From Raillietiella orientalis (taxonomy: Eukaryota), in assembly GCA_036172245.1 (NCBI GenBank), contig JAYWIR010000022.1, positions 1,984,001-2,048,000 of the forward strand: DNA of 64,000 bases, read 5' to 3'. This document shows positions 1 through 12,200 of the stretch, one piece after another. Both the position numbers and the translations under genes were made by a program. The notes below the pieces were generated by a model. That model was given only the letters and a program-made list of their open reading frames with translations, made no database searches and was not told the DNA's origin. Numbering within the stretch: the stretch's first letter is position 1; each line of letters opens with the position of its first letter.

Positions 1-1722
1 GAAACAGAGACCTATAACATAATGACAGGCACATCTTATTTTCTATAATGATTCTCATATTCTTTTTTCACTAAGGATTTGTTATTGATGAGAACAGTTA
101 CTGTGACTTGGCAACATGTAGTATTCAGTTGGGGGCTCTCCAGGATGCTGACAGATACTTGTCCAGCTTTCCAAGCAACGATTTGCCAAGTAATCTGCTG
201 ACTCTGTGTTTAGCAATGATCCATAATGATCCAAGTAAAGTAAAGAACGTGTTAAAGAATCTAGGTAACACATTTTCACCACTTTTTAAATGCACTGATT
301 CTCTGAAGGTACTGAAACAAAATATCTGTCTGTATTTGAATGTCATGTTTGGTGTGGAACCATGAAGGTAGCTTTTGAATGTAATCAAGTTAATATTGGC
401 CTCACCCTGTTTCATATGTTTTCTTCAGTTGTTCCCCCAAATGACTCTTTATTTGAAGAATATTTGAGTGTGGTTAAGTAAGTAGTGATAAAATAAATTC
501 AGTAGTATTGGTCATCTAGTTACCAGCTTCCTCACTTACAAAAGAGAAATTTACATCTTTGTGGATCTGAAGAAGAAAAACAAAATCATCAGCTTTTAGA
601 AACCACAGTTTGGTTACTGAGGAAGTGTTTGGTTATGTGCGAACAGTTTCAGGTGAACCCAATTGGATCGCATCTGTGACCTTCTTTCTATGCAGTGTAA
701 ATCAAATTATAGGGAATCTGTCATCTGGAGCTGGAAAGTCAGTTGGAATCTTGCTTTACATCATGTGGAATGCAGTCATTCACCTTATTTATTTTCTTTG
801 GCTGGATGTTTTCTTCAGTTTTTGGAGGTGAAATTGATTAGCTTTAGAACATTAACAACTTATATACTAGGGAGATTGGCCAGCTTGGCTTGACACAGTG
901 AGAACTTGTCATCTGTTAGCAGTTGCATCAGCACTCCAAGTGATCCGCAAGCAGCTACCTGGTTGGGAGAATTTTCCCATTGAATCAATGATAAGTCACT
1001 GTCAGAGTTTATGTGATTCTGCAGTCCAAAATAGTCCTGCTATGTATATGTTGCTTCTGTATGATCTGGAAGCCAAAGTAGGTATTTTCTGAGTTGTTTC
1101 ATTTTTTCTGTTTAGATACGACAGCATCCAAATGATGTTATGGATGCTGTATGTCTGATGACTCAAAGGAATCTTCCTGTGCATATACTTTCTGCAGCAA
1201 TCAGTCTCCTGCTAGACACACAGCAATCACTAGAGTTTGTTGGGAAATTGTTGACAACTGCATTCATGTGTTCTACACAAGAGCATGTTGATTCTTTATG
1301 TGATAGGTTAGATCCTCATATCTGATTCCTTCATCAAAATTAAATTCTTTAGCCTGATGTATGCAATGAACATGTTTCCAGAACAGGCAGCAACAGATTT
1401 GCTTCCTTGTCTGAATGCCTTCTTGATGTCAGTTTGTATTCCTCAGGAAGATAAGCTTGCTGCTGTCATGAAGAGTGTTTGGAATGTTGCTGCATTTCTG
1501 AGCATCCAGAGTAGTAAAGAACTAGCACTAACATGGTCAAAAATGGCCGTGAAAATTCTGAAAAAAATGCCTGAAAACGAGAAATGTTATGCCTCTCAGT
1601 TGGCTTTCAAAATGCTGTTGCTTGGCATAGTCGTAGATGGATTTCCATCGTCAGTAGAAGAAGAGAAGAGTGTGACGTCCAAGGCAAGTCAATGGGAAAG
1701 CGCCTGTAACTTAGAAACGTAA
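1..1722 (+). CDS. TEX11: TEX11/Zip4/SPO22-like meiotic TPR (ZMM) protein, 3' part (5' end outside window)
   Basis: Hand-spliced exons 1-28, 76-264, 309-380, 429-477, 520-652, 696-827, 871-1077, 1116-1306, 1353-1722 keep one open frame with consistent phases. Peptides WSWKVSWNLA, RTCHLLAVASALQVIRK, MLLLYDLEAK and MKSVWNVAAFL..LALTWSKMAVKIL..YASQL match recalled TEX11 motifs (WFRKTAWNLA, KTCLLMAVAVDL, LLLYEFE.RAK, AWN.G..AEKWC.LAL..YE.Q). Confidence 0.8.
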
Positions 1723-1763
1723 CCAGCGTGAAACCGATAGGTGAAAATTAAATGGCCAGGTCA

Positions 1764-1789
1764 TCTCTCTCTCTCTCTCTCTCTCTCTC
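1764..1789. repeat. (TC)13 microsatellite
   Basis: Read directly, just 3' of the TEX11 stop. Confidence 0.95.
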
Positions 1790-3099
1790 AGCAGGGACAA
1801 AACAATGATGAAAAGGCAGTTCCAAGACTATGCTTTCAAACTGTTATTGTTTGCAAAGTCAGAAATAATGATGATTTTCGTCTTTTGTTTTGTTAGATAC
1901 TTTTGTATTTCTTGGTTATTTTTTTCATATTACCATGCATGCATGTGTTTATCGATTGGTTCGGTGCACCTTGTACTGCAGATCACGAAAACGATGTTTT
2001 CCGCGTTTCTCTTCAAGCTATTCGAAAGTCACATCACATTGAGATCCCAAAAGTTGGGCGGCATATTTCAGTGCATGACTTTGTTGTTGTTGTTAGTTGA
2101 GCAAAGCTCCTCTTAATATCGTAAGCCCCACCCCATCAAGTTTCACATGCCTAGGCTGCTATTGACTTTATATTTCTATCAAAATTTTCAAGAGCTTAAC
2201 CGTTTCGATAAATACTTTCAAAACTTGAGCACGCAAGATTGCATTATGATGTTATGATATTATGGAAGAGTATTCAGTGTTCACATGAACTCGAAACTCT
2301 TAGGGCGACCCATTCTCATTAACTCTCAAATGGGTTGAGAGCTGTTCTATTTGGGTTTGATACTCCGTTGTAAGGCCATTAAGGATTCGAATTTGTCAGT
2401 GTGCCGCTCTCATGTACTCCGATTGGTATTTTCCCACAGGAATAAATGGACCCGTCCTTTATTCACAAGGGTACAATATTTGTTTCTCAGCATGCAAATA
2501 AAACTGTTCATAAGATTCCTTGTAATTTGTGTTATTGGTGAGCATCCATTCATTGACCGGAATATCTCGCCGTCTATACGGCACGAAGAGCATTGAAAAG
2601 TCAGAATAGCAAACTTTCCACGGTATTTATTTTATTTATTCGCGTTTTGGAGAACGCGTTCATTTCCAACTTACCTTTGTCGGGGCTGACCGAATGGAAC
2701 ATAACTCTTTCAAGAGAAACTGTTAAAGCGACAGCGAGCACGAATCGTAACTGTGGAATTGAAGTAGAAAGACGTGGAGATGTGCAAAACAAAAAAAAAT
2801 CTGTATGTAATGTACCTTGCTTGATAATTATGGAATTTGCAAGTCAGGACACTGACTTTAACACTTATGCAGAGATTTTCTCAAGAATAGCAAACCCCAT
2901 TTTCATTTTGAAGTTTCCCCTCCAAGAAGGATTTTTTTTTTTCTTTTTTTCTCCAAAAAAAAAAAAAAGAAGAGGTATATGCTTTTAAGCAGGCTTGCCT
3001 GCCTCAATTTTTTTTTTATTTATTTATTCCGAACTGTATCAAAGGTGTTTTGTTTAGAAGTTAGGATGAAGTTCGAAATAACTGCTAACAAAGTGGCGA

Positions 3100-4300
3100 A
3101 ATTTCTCTATAACTTCCATTTTTCGATAGAATTGAAAAGTTCGATTCCTTATCAAAGAGTTTCGTTCAGTGTCTGCCCGTCTGCGTATGCAGCCTGAACA
3201 CCCCACCCATGCTCTCATGCATGGCTGTGTACACGCCAGAATGTGCACAAGAGTCTACAAGCACCTGCAACCACATCATCTGCAAAGGATTACGTTCACG
3301 TGGTGTTTGTAAATACATACTTGATGTACAGTATACTCACGTAAGTGTACTGCGTCTGCCGCTTTACAAGCCTGTGATGTCCAGAGCCTCGTTCGCGAGT
3401 CGAGTCTCCAGGTCGCAGTGTTCCACAATTTGCCACGGCGTTCTTCACAAGAAGCAGTGCGGTTTGCAGGTGCTGTGACCGGATAGGATTTTTGAACAAA
3501 GCCAAACTTAGCTATAAAATTTCCTGTTCCATAAGATGGATATTAGACGATCTTACAGGTAAAGATAAACGAGTACGAGTAATGGCATGCGTACAGGATG
3601 CGCTCGTACAGAATGGTACATGGGGAAAAGGATTCCGTGTCAAAAAAAAAAACTGGACGGCTATAATTTACTAACATAGATTGTCTGTTGATTCTCTTAT
3701 TGATGGAAGTGACTGATGCCATGCGACAACTGTAATGAGAAGGCAAGGAATCTCCAGAGAACCCTTCGTTGCGTGCTGCATGCTCTGAGACCAGAAATGC
3801 GAACCGATTCTCATGGGGGGCCGGGGTCAGCTACCGCAACCGTCTGGGCAGTGCCGCTCCTCCCCTGTTGCCTGCGCTTTGCCTGGAAGGAGCTCAGATT
3901 CCTTCCTAAGGAAATACACATTTGGCTTTCAAAGTGGGTTGGATGAACTTTGAGTTTCGATAGCCAGGGACTAAGCTTCGCTGTTGGCAGAACTCTCGAT
4001 GTGCAAGAAATACTGGGCATGTAGTGTTCTTGTTCGCTCGTTCGTCAGAGTGACCTCTGACTTGACAACGGTGGCGTGGGAAACATCGAGTGACTTGGAA
4101 AAGCTTTATGTTATCCTGCTCGTCAGTCGAGAGCGTCTCTCGAGTACCAAAGTGTACACTTTACCTCGTGTCTCGAGTACCGTTATTTCTTACACTTTTA
4201 CAATTACCGTCAAACTAGTTGAGCATAAACGCATCTTTATGAACTATAAGGTGAAATGCATGCATTATCATCATACGTGAGTACTGTAGACTTGAGATGA
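3100..4300 (+). pseudogene. Decayed C2orf42-like unit (boundaries approximate)
   Basis: In order, across frameshifts: VYTPEC..STCNHI (cf. CYV.SC..CQHI), FASRVSRSQCSTIC ([14 protein letters not shown]), TLSFDSQGLSFAV (TM.YQFDG.P.PLVF), TVAWETSSDLEKLYVIL (KYTWHITNILQVKQIL). Confidence 0.5.
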
Positions 4301-4479
4301 GTAGATCCTCCTCCTTATGAAACTCTTGATCCCTGTCGAATGAACTCGCCCTTACATCTACGGCACCAGATGATTTATCAGTAAGGCTGTATCCTTATGC
4401 TGCCTGAGACAAACCTCTATCCAGGGTTTATGAAACGCAGATCTCAGCAGATTAGCCATTTTTGTTTCATTTTTTTTTT

Positions 4480-5440
4480 GGATTGAAAAGATCTATAAAA
4501 CTGGTATTAGAACCTCTGAGCCTCTCTGCCAGTATTTCTGGCTTGATGATCGCTGCTGTCGCAGATGAGAAGACAAGTGGATCGGACGAAACTATCTGGG
4601 TGCAGTTCCCCATGAGACAGAATAATGCGCACTTATTAATTCTGATTATCTGATTCAACACATAATTTCCTAATTTTGCTCGGTAATTCTTTCGAAGTCC
4701 CATTGCGAGCGAGAATGGCAGTTAAAATGAACTCCAAAGCACAACAGCAATCAAAAAGTTCCACGAAAATTTTGGGCATTTTTGAGTTGTGTGATGTCAC
4801 CAAATGAAACAAAAACTGCATTCAAATATTTGCACATTCCATTTAGTAACGGTTGTCTTTTTTTTGGAGGGGGGGGGGAGTAAATGATTCTGAATTTTGT
4901 AGTTTTTCAGTCTTCTGGCGCTTAGAGTGCACAGCTCAAGCAGTGTAAGGACATTGCGCTACATGACCCGATCCTCCAAAAAAATTCGACTTTAGGTGCC
5001 TTCCCTGGATACCAGCATGAAAGTGTTACGAAATGTGATGCTGGCTCCATTCACGGCTAAAGGTGATGGCAAGAAAGGCTCCGATACATGTGAGACTCCA
5101 AACTCTCCAGAGAAAGCCAAATTCTCACAATCCAAGTCGTTGTGGCTCCGCGCTTACTCACAGCCTATAAAACGCAACTAAAAATCTCAACGTCGAAGTG
5201 GGTCGTGGTTTTTCAAGTTCAGATGAAATGGTTTTCCAAGTCCAATGGAGACATCAACTAATCTTCACCGATGGGATATCCAAAGGACTCGCTCAGGATG
5301 GCTAAACCAACTGTTGCGGTCGTGCTTTTTCGCTTAAACGCAATAAATTCCTTTAAAACCATTCCAAAGTTTATAGGCATACGGGGAGCACGCTTCGTGG
5401 CAAAAGTGGCATCTAAAAACTTGTTGCATACATGTTGCAT
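4480..5440 (-). pseudogene. Decayed C2orf42-like unit
   Basis: CALEFILTAILARNGTSKEL (cf. [21 protein letters not shown]), followed by LNQIIRINKC..DPLVF..EILAERLRG ([27 protein letters not shown]). Confidence 0.5.
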
Positions 5441-6052
5441 ACTTGCATGCACGACTCCTCCTCCCCTCCCCCCCAAAGGAAAAAAAGGCATCGCAAAATA
5501 AATCAATTCGTTCTCACCTGGATAATGACATCGGTCACAATAGGAAATCAAGTAATTTAAAAAATGATGAAAGTGTGTGATAACGAAAATCCGATAATGA
5601 AAATGATACTCCCGAAACGATCCATTACCGGAGTTAGAAAGTCGGCTGTCCAAAATGCCTTATTCACGAACACTAATAAATCGGTGCTCATAGGAAAGTC
5701 ACTCGCTAAATTCCGTCGTGCTTTCGTGTTTCACCTAATCTTCCTAGAGCTGAAATTTGGTCTGTGGACGGTTCAACTACTGCATTTAGAATTATTGGTT
5801 TCCCACTTTTGGGGTTCCTGAGATCGCTCCTTTGGTTCAGTGACGGTTTTTGTTTTTTTTTTTGGCTCTCATGATTGCTTATCTTTTCCTCTTCCGTCCA
5901 TTAATAGCTCGATGCTGTCAGCAGCTTTCCGGTGGCTCAGAGACCATCTGAAGCACCACTGGTTCTGTGACACCTAGCAAAAATTCCTGAAGCTGCGTTC
6001 TCTACAGGTAAAACGTCCAAGAACAGCGGGCTCTCGATGGTTTTGGCCAAGG

Positions 6053-6074
6053 GAGAGAGAGAGAGAGAGAGAGA
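6053..6074. repeat. (GA)11 microsatellite
   Basis: Read directly. Confidence 0.95.
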
Positions 6075-6249
6075 GGAAGAAAAAAAACGTAAAGTGGGCA
6101 AAATTTATCGAGTGATACGAGGACTAACTGAACTATCCTAACATCTGGCTATTAGCCCTAGGACGAATCCTGGGATCACTAAGTCACGAGTTCATTTTCC
6201 ACAATGAGAGTGGTGTTTCAATCGCACTTGCATTTGGCACACGTTTCCG

Positions 6250-8700
6250 AAAGGACTAATAAAACTGAGAGAATTTGCTGGAATCATCTGGCATTGTGCT
6301 CCTCCACCTTGCCGCAATTTCTCTTCAAAAGTTTTATTGATACTGCGGCGAGTCATCGGGATTGTTTGAAGATCTCAGGAGCCAGCATCAAAAAGCAAGG
6401 GCAAGAAACCGGAGAATGACACCACGCGTTTGAGGAGTGCCATTCTCTGTCCCGTAGGTGTGATGAGGAACGAGGTTCCCTTGTGAGAAAGCGTTAGAAT
6501 GATTTGAAAAGCGGAAAAAGGTCTCGCAGGGCTTGAGGTATCAAGAGAGTAAAAGTTACCTTCGAAAAACGTGCTCTGGTAACACGGTCGACTGCGGTTC
6601 GATTCAGAACTGTTCTTGTTCACGAAGAGCGAGCAAAGTTCCAGCAGCCGCACTGCTCATTCAGGGAGGCAGCTTATTACGAGTGGCAAAGATGTTTTCC
6701 ACTCTGTCCTTCCAGTCCGCCCTACTGAACTCACGAACTCACGAGGCGCCAGTCGGCCTGGCCTGCGTGTTCCGCGGGGAGAAAGAAAGCTTCCTTCCAG
6801 CTTGTTTATTCATGTATACATTTGATGCGTTTTGGCCAGGATAGTCAGGGGTCGGTTCACTAAGGCTTAAAGTGCGTTGAACTATTGCTTAAAATATGTT
6901 TGGTGCCCCAGAATATAAACACTTGAAATGGGACAGTCACTGAGAGGTGCTCGTGTTGAAATCCGTCCGCCAAGGTGGCAATGCCATCGAGTGCCACGGA
7001 AAAATTTCTTGGACGGGAAGTTTCCAAGTCTTCAATAGGAGAAAAGGGACAACAAGGCTTATGGGTTGTACCATAAAGTACTATCAAGATATCAGAGCGT
7101 TAAAAGAGACGTGGAGAGATTCTTCTCAGAGTCTTGAAAAATCTGGAAAGCTGCTTTTCACACATCTCAGCTTCGTGGAGGACATGAGCGTCGATTTGTG
7201 AAGAAACGAGAAACTCTTCCCGCAAACTTCCTGTCCCCAAAACCTGAGTCCCCTTCTGAAATAAAAGGTGGCTCTCCCGTGGTGATTCATTCCTGACGGC
7301 AGGAATGGTTCAGAGATTCTTGGCATCTGCTGCAGATGATGGCGAAGAAACTCTCCCACCTCATCAGATGAACCCCTGATCATTCGTTCAGGTGGAGACG
7401 AGGGGAAGATTTTCTATTAAGGGATGGGCGAGACCTCACATATTCTGGTAAGCATAGGATCGTGGGACACGCGTGGAAGCGATGGAATTCTTGAGGCAAC
7501 TCCACTGGATGGGGTGGCGCTCTTCGAAAGTGAAAGTCCTTCGAATCAGCTTCTTCCCCATCTTTAGCGAATGGGATGCACACCCATCAATAAGCTTGCG
7601 GACAGCATGAGGAAGGTCCGAGAACACCAAATCCAGGGCAACTCGGACTGCAAGCAGAGTCGAAGGGATTTTTCCTGACCTCTTTGGACCAGCGAGTTCC
7701 TGGACCTACTCAGCTGTCCTCCATGACGATCACTTTTTTGGAAAAGGGCACTCCCCCATGAATTTAGTCCACAGGAACCATCCCACACTGGGAGAAAGGG
7801 GAAGGGCAGCGATGGCTACTCGACAGATTCAGTCATCGGAAACCCCATGAGCAGCCAGTCATGCTCGGCTTTGAGCTCTAGACGCTGCTTCGTGATCGGC
7901 AGCTTCCGTTTCTTCCGAGCCACTCTACGGAAGAAAATGGCGCGGTAGATGGTTCAGCTCTTTGGGCATAACCCCCTTCTTGATAGTCAGTCTGATGCAC
8001 ATGGAAACCTCCACTCACGGGGTAATCGTAACCGTAAGGGTGCAGCTGATGCATAGCGCGTTCATGGGAACGGACTGGTTTTCCGGAGACGAATCTCCTA
8101 AGCGGCGGCTCCACAGTCTCTTTGAGCTGACACCCCGATCAGCGGGGTCTGGCGCCGTTCTCAAATGATCGCATGCCTGCTGCGATAAAACTCTGCTTTG
8201 AGGTGTCTGGGTTCTTCACCTGGCATGAGGCAGCGTCTGGGGTCGGAGACATTCCTGGACGCAGCAGGTGTGCGCGGGAGCGTCGGCACCTCGTTGCTGG
8301 AACCCGAAGCACGTCTGATCCTTTGCTGAAAGATGGGCGGGACGGAGTACTCCGTCTTCTTGAATGAGTTTTGCTTCCTGCGGTAGGGTGTTTTTCCTAC
8401 TTTCTCGAGAGAAGGGGGTTCGAAGAGACCTTCGAACCTCCTCGAGATGTGAGGTCTCTTCGTTTCGAAGGAGCAGTTTCGCGGGGGAAGCAACCGCATG
8501 CCCCGGCTCCATCCGCATCGTACGCGGGAGGAAGCGAACGGTGGATGCGAGCGCAGAGAAAGGGATTCACGAGCAGAAACCCTCACTCTGCGCCCTCAGT
8601 CCCTCTTCGAAGCAAGGTCGATCCCCTTCGCACCCGCAAGGAAGCCTCGCCAGTGGGGGAACCCACTGGCGAGGCTTCCTCTCTCCGGAGCTCTGCGAGG
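6250..8700 (-). pseudogene. Two tandem decayed C2orf42-like units (~8700-7250 and ~7230-6250)
   Basis: First unit: KRLWSRRLGDSSPENQSVPMNALCISC ([27 protein letters not shown]), HPYGYDY (HSLGYLH), DLVFSDLP..KKLIRRTFTF (PLVFHIP..KRLPNSTTAF), GRATFYFRRG (GELRIKFEYG). A new zinc-finger start GQEVCGK..KLRC follows immediately, then DWKDRVENI ([10 protein letters not shown]). Confidence 0.55.
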
Positions 8701-9048
8701 AGACTCCTCTGCACCAGCTGGAGCTTGTGGTCTGCCCGGAGAAGCATCGCAGCGACGCGCTGCCGCTCTTCCATGGAACTGCCCGAAGCGGCGGCAGCGC
8801 CCACCGGAAGGGTGCTGGAATCTCCAGGGACAGCATCGGGGATTTTCTTAGTTCTGTCGAACGCCGCCAGACTGAGGCAAGGCGGGGAAAAGGGGTAAGG
8901 GGGGTTAGGGAGGAGAGAAGGAACGTTCCGCATGGATTCGAAGCGTCGGGACTGCCAGCAGCGGGCCGCCTCCCTTCCTGAGGGCGAACTCGCCGACTCC
9001 GCGGTTCGCCCGAGCAGCGGGCCGCGTCCACTTCATGCTCACACAGGA

Positions 9049-9054
9049 TTTATT
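9049..9054 (-). promoter_or_regulatory. Probable synapsin polyadenylation signal AATAAA
   Basis: TTTATT on +, in an AT-rich patch ~180 nt downstream of the synapsin stop. Confidence 0.55.
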
Positions 9055-9234
9055 AAAACAAGATTCAACGCATTAACAATGTTTCATGTGGAGTAAAGAT
9101 TCGAAATTCCCGGGGAGAGAATTCCTACTTGAGAAGCTGCAAGCATACAATTCGGCAACAACGCTAGAGTGTAAATCCTACGTGCAAGACGCCTCGCTGA
9201 GAGCGAGGCAAACCGGAGCGGACCGGGGGGCCGC

Positions 9235-12200
9235 TCACGACATCTCGCCGAAGATGCCGGCGAACGTCTTCCTCAGGTTCTTCATCGTGTCGTCTCCGTC
9301 CTCGGTGCTCTGCTGCTGCGAGCCCTGCCTGGTGAAGTAGCTCCTCAGGGGAGGAGGAGGAGGAGGAGGAGGGGACTGCGACTGCGCGTCCTGGACGACG
9401 TTCTCGTGCTTGCTGGCGGTCCTGCTGTGGCCTGACGTGCTTTCCACCAGGCTGCTTTGGGAGCCTGGCGGGAGCCGGGAGAGAAAGCGAAGGACGGAGT
9501 GAGGCGCGCGCGGACCCAGGCCCCCCCCCCCCCCCGTACTTAGGGAATCGTGTCTCTGGGTTCCGGCAGGAGCGGCAGCCGCAGGCACGTGATTGTCGAT
9601 CTGCGAAGGCAGGGGCGCGGACCTCTCGTCCGTCGGTGAGGATTCCAGCTGCAGGGAGCCGTACGTCGTCTGCCTGATTAACAGCGCCTGGAAGCACGAG
9701 AACCGAGCGTACAGCCTCCCCTGAAGTTTCCGAGGAGGAGCAGAGGACCGACCTGCATTTTGGAGAACACCAGGTCAGAGATCTGTCGGCGATCCTCCTC
9801 CTGCGTGTCTCCGAGCAACGATAGCGCCGAGTCGTTGACCTAAGAGGAAGAGCACAGAGTATGGCAGGAAAAAAAAAAGGAAAAAAAAGGGTGTGCGGGC
9901 GGGAGTTCAGCTGCCGCACGTCAGAGGAAACGGCTGGACGGAGGAGGCCCAGTGGGAGAAGGGAAGCTCTGCGCTCTCCATAACGCATGCTGCTCTGCGG
10001 TGTTGCCGCAGGGGGCGAAATCTTACCTCGATGATGTGCTCCCTGCCGTCCTTGTCGACGACAGCTTCCACCGAGCAGATGTCCAGTCCTCCAAAGAGCT
10101 GGGACACTTCGTCAACCCACACTCGGTACTGCTCCATCACGTTGATTTGCTCGAGAAGGGAGTGAGTGGTACTCGTTTTCCAGCTGTCGGACATAGATTT
10201 GCGCCTTCAGGGAGAGTCCATCGGTCACGTAAGAAAACCCGATGAAACCTCCTCCTCGCTGCTTACATGAAAGCTTTGTATTTGCTCCCTATTTTCTGTA
10301 CGTGTATGTCGTACTTGGCATCTATGTACGGTTCCGTGGTGCAGTACGCTTGAGCTACAGCCACAACAGAAGACGCGTCTATGTAGTCTTCTTGGTTTTC
10401 GATTCTCAGCTGAGGAAACAAACAAACGAAAGTTAAAAAAAAAAAAAAGAAGTTTCTCCTTGCAGAAAAGCGGCGTCAAAGGTCATCGAAAAATCGGAAG
10501 GTTAGCACGGGTGGAACGACATTGCTGACAGTGCTGCGACTCTTTTCCGGAGAGTCCGAAGCAGCAACGCGGATGTTTGGCAGGTGAGGCGAAGAGAGGA
10601 TCCGCACTGCATGCGGTTTGTGGTTGACAAACCACGACGTGACGCTAAAGGGAGGGAGGAGACGAACCGCCGGAGTCAGGAAGGGCACCGTAACTTCCGG
10701 AAAAGATGAGAATGCGAATGACATTTTCCGTTTTGTTAATGGCAGCCTTGGCATCGTGCGCTCTCCCCTGATAGGATGCACGTGGGTTTCGTGATGAATC
10801 CATGGATGGGACGCAACGCTAACGGGATCCACCAGCAGCCATTAATCCATTAGTCGAAAGAAGTGCATTACGTGGAGCTCAAGCAGGAGGGAGGGAAAAA
10901 AATCTTGCGGTCGTGCTTCTTTCTTCTTTTACTAGAGGATGTGATGTGGAGGAGGGACTGAACAGGGTTCATTTTCCGGAAGGAGTTCCTTCCTGGAGGA
11001 ATGGGCGCTGATGTTGCGTTCATCAGTCATCTCTGATTCATCTCGGTCTGTCGGCGTTCGTGGAATCATTCCCAATTCGTCTCTGACCCCGAGTTCATCA
11101 CCACGGAGGACAGGCGGCGTTTTCCAGATGCCAAGTGAGAATAAACGATGGCTGCGTACAGCACGGTTCGGAACTCCTTCCCAAGCGCATGCGCCTTGAC
11201 AACGGATCTTCAAGCATGGAAGTCAGCTAACTCCCGCGAGTCGTGAGCAAGCACGCACCTTTCGTCTTCCTGGGTTCCTCATACGGCCGTGCGTTAAAGG
11301 ACCCACGACTGGCTGCCCGAAGTCAAAAAATTCCCGAAAAAAAGATGCTGGCGATATCCAGAGGTTCGCGGCGACGGTCGAGGCGACCAGCTGCGGAGGC
11401 TGCAATCTGCAGCTGCTCGCAGCAGGTGCTGCATCCTGGGAGCGCTTGCTGCTCCCGCGAGGACAGAAGCAGCGGGATATTCCGTTGTCGTGGGGGAGGT
11501 CCGTTCCGATCATAAGCGCGCCCGGACGCTAAGCAAGGGTATTCGTCAAGCCCCTGGTGGGGCTGGAGATGGAAGCAGACCGAGGGCGCAAGTATCTGCA
11601 TGATAACGAGGAGATCGGCGGGAGCTGAGGAGGGAGAGGTACTCGCGGTCGCGGCCACGCGGGCTCTGCTGATGCGAAGAGGCATGGCGCCTCGCACCAG
11701 CCGCTTCCCGGGCACTCCTGGAGCAATTTTTCTTGGAAGTACTGCTTGATTATCGCAAGATATGCGGTACTGGATGCAGCGCTGTGAAAAGAGAAGCCGA
11801 ACACCTCCATGAAAGCCCTACGTTCCCTCTACAGGCGTATAACAATGCTCTTACTTTCCCAAGGCGAGAAGACACTGAGAGACATTTCAGATCGTGTCGT
11901 CAAGGTAATATATGCTCTTCAGGTCACAAACACTGAAGCCTAAACCAGCGTTTAGCTGCGAGTGAAAAATGGTGCGTTTGGCAGTGCCGTCGCCATGAGA
12001 ACAGCGCATCATGGAACGCACAGTCCTAACCTGATAATGTTCTTCTCTGTACAGGAAAATTTGATACACTTGGAAACCTTTGGGATCTTGGGGATCTTCT
12101 TGGGGATCTTCGAATACAGCAGGAACCCATCCAGGTTATCCCATTTCTCCAGATGAGTCTTTCGCACTTTGCAGCTGCTAGGTTGCTGCTTCCTCCAGCA

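Noticed and set aside
7436..7790. P-element/THAP9 transposase (FSDLPH resembling DxxH; WDG)
   Set aside because: Flanking peptides fit the C2orf42 motif order over more than 2 kb; the transposase match is only a few residues.
11400..11460. TIMP N-terminus (CSC..HP) antisense in a synapsin intron
   Set aside because: No signal peptide, wrong spacing and no downstream TIMP exons; the opposite strand is C2orf42-like.
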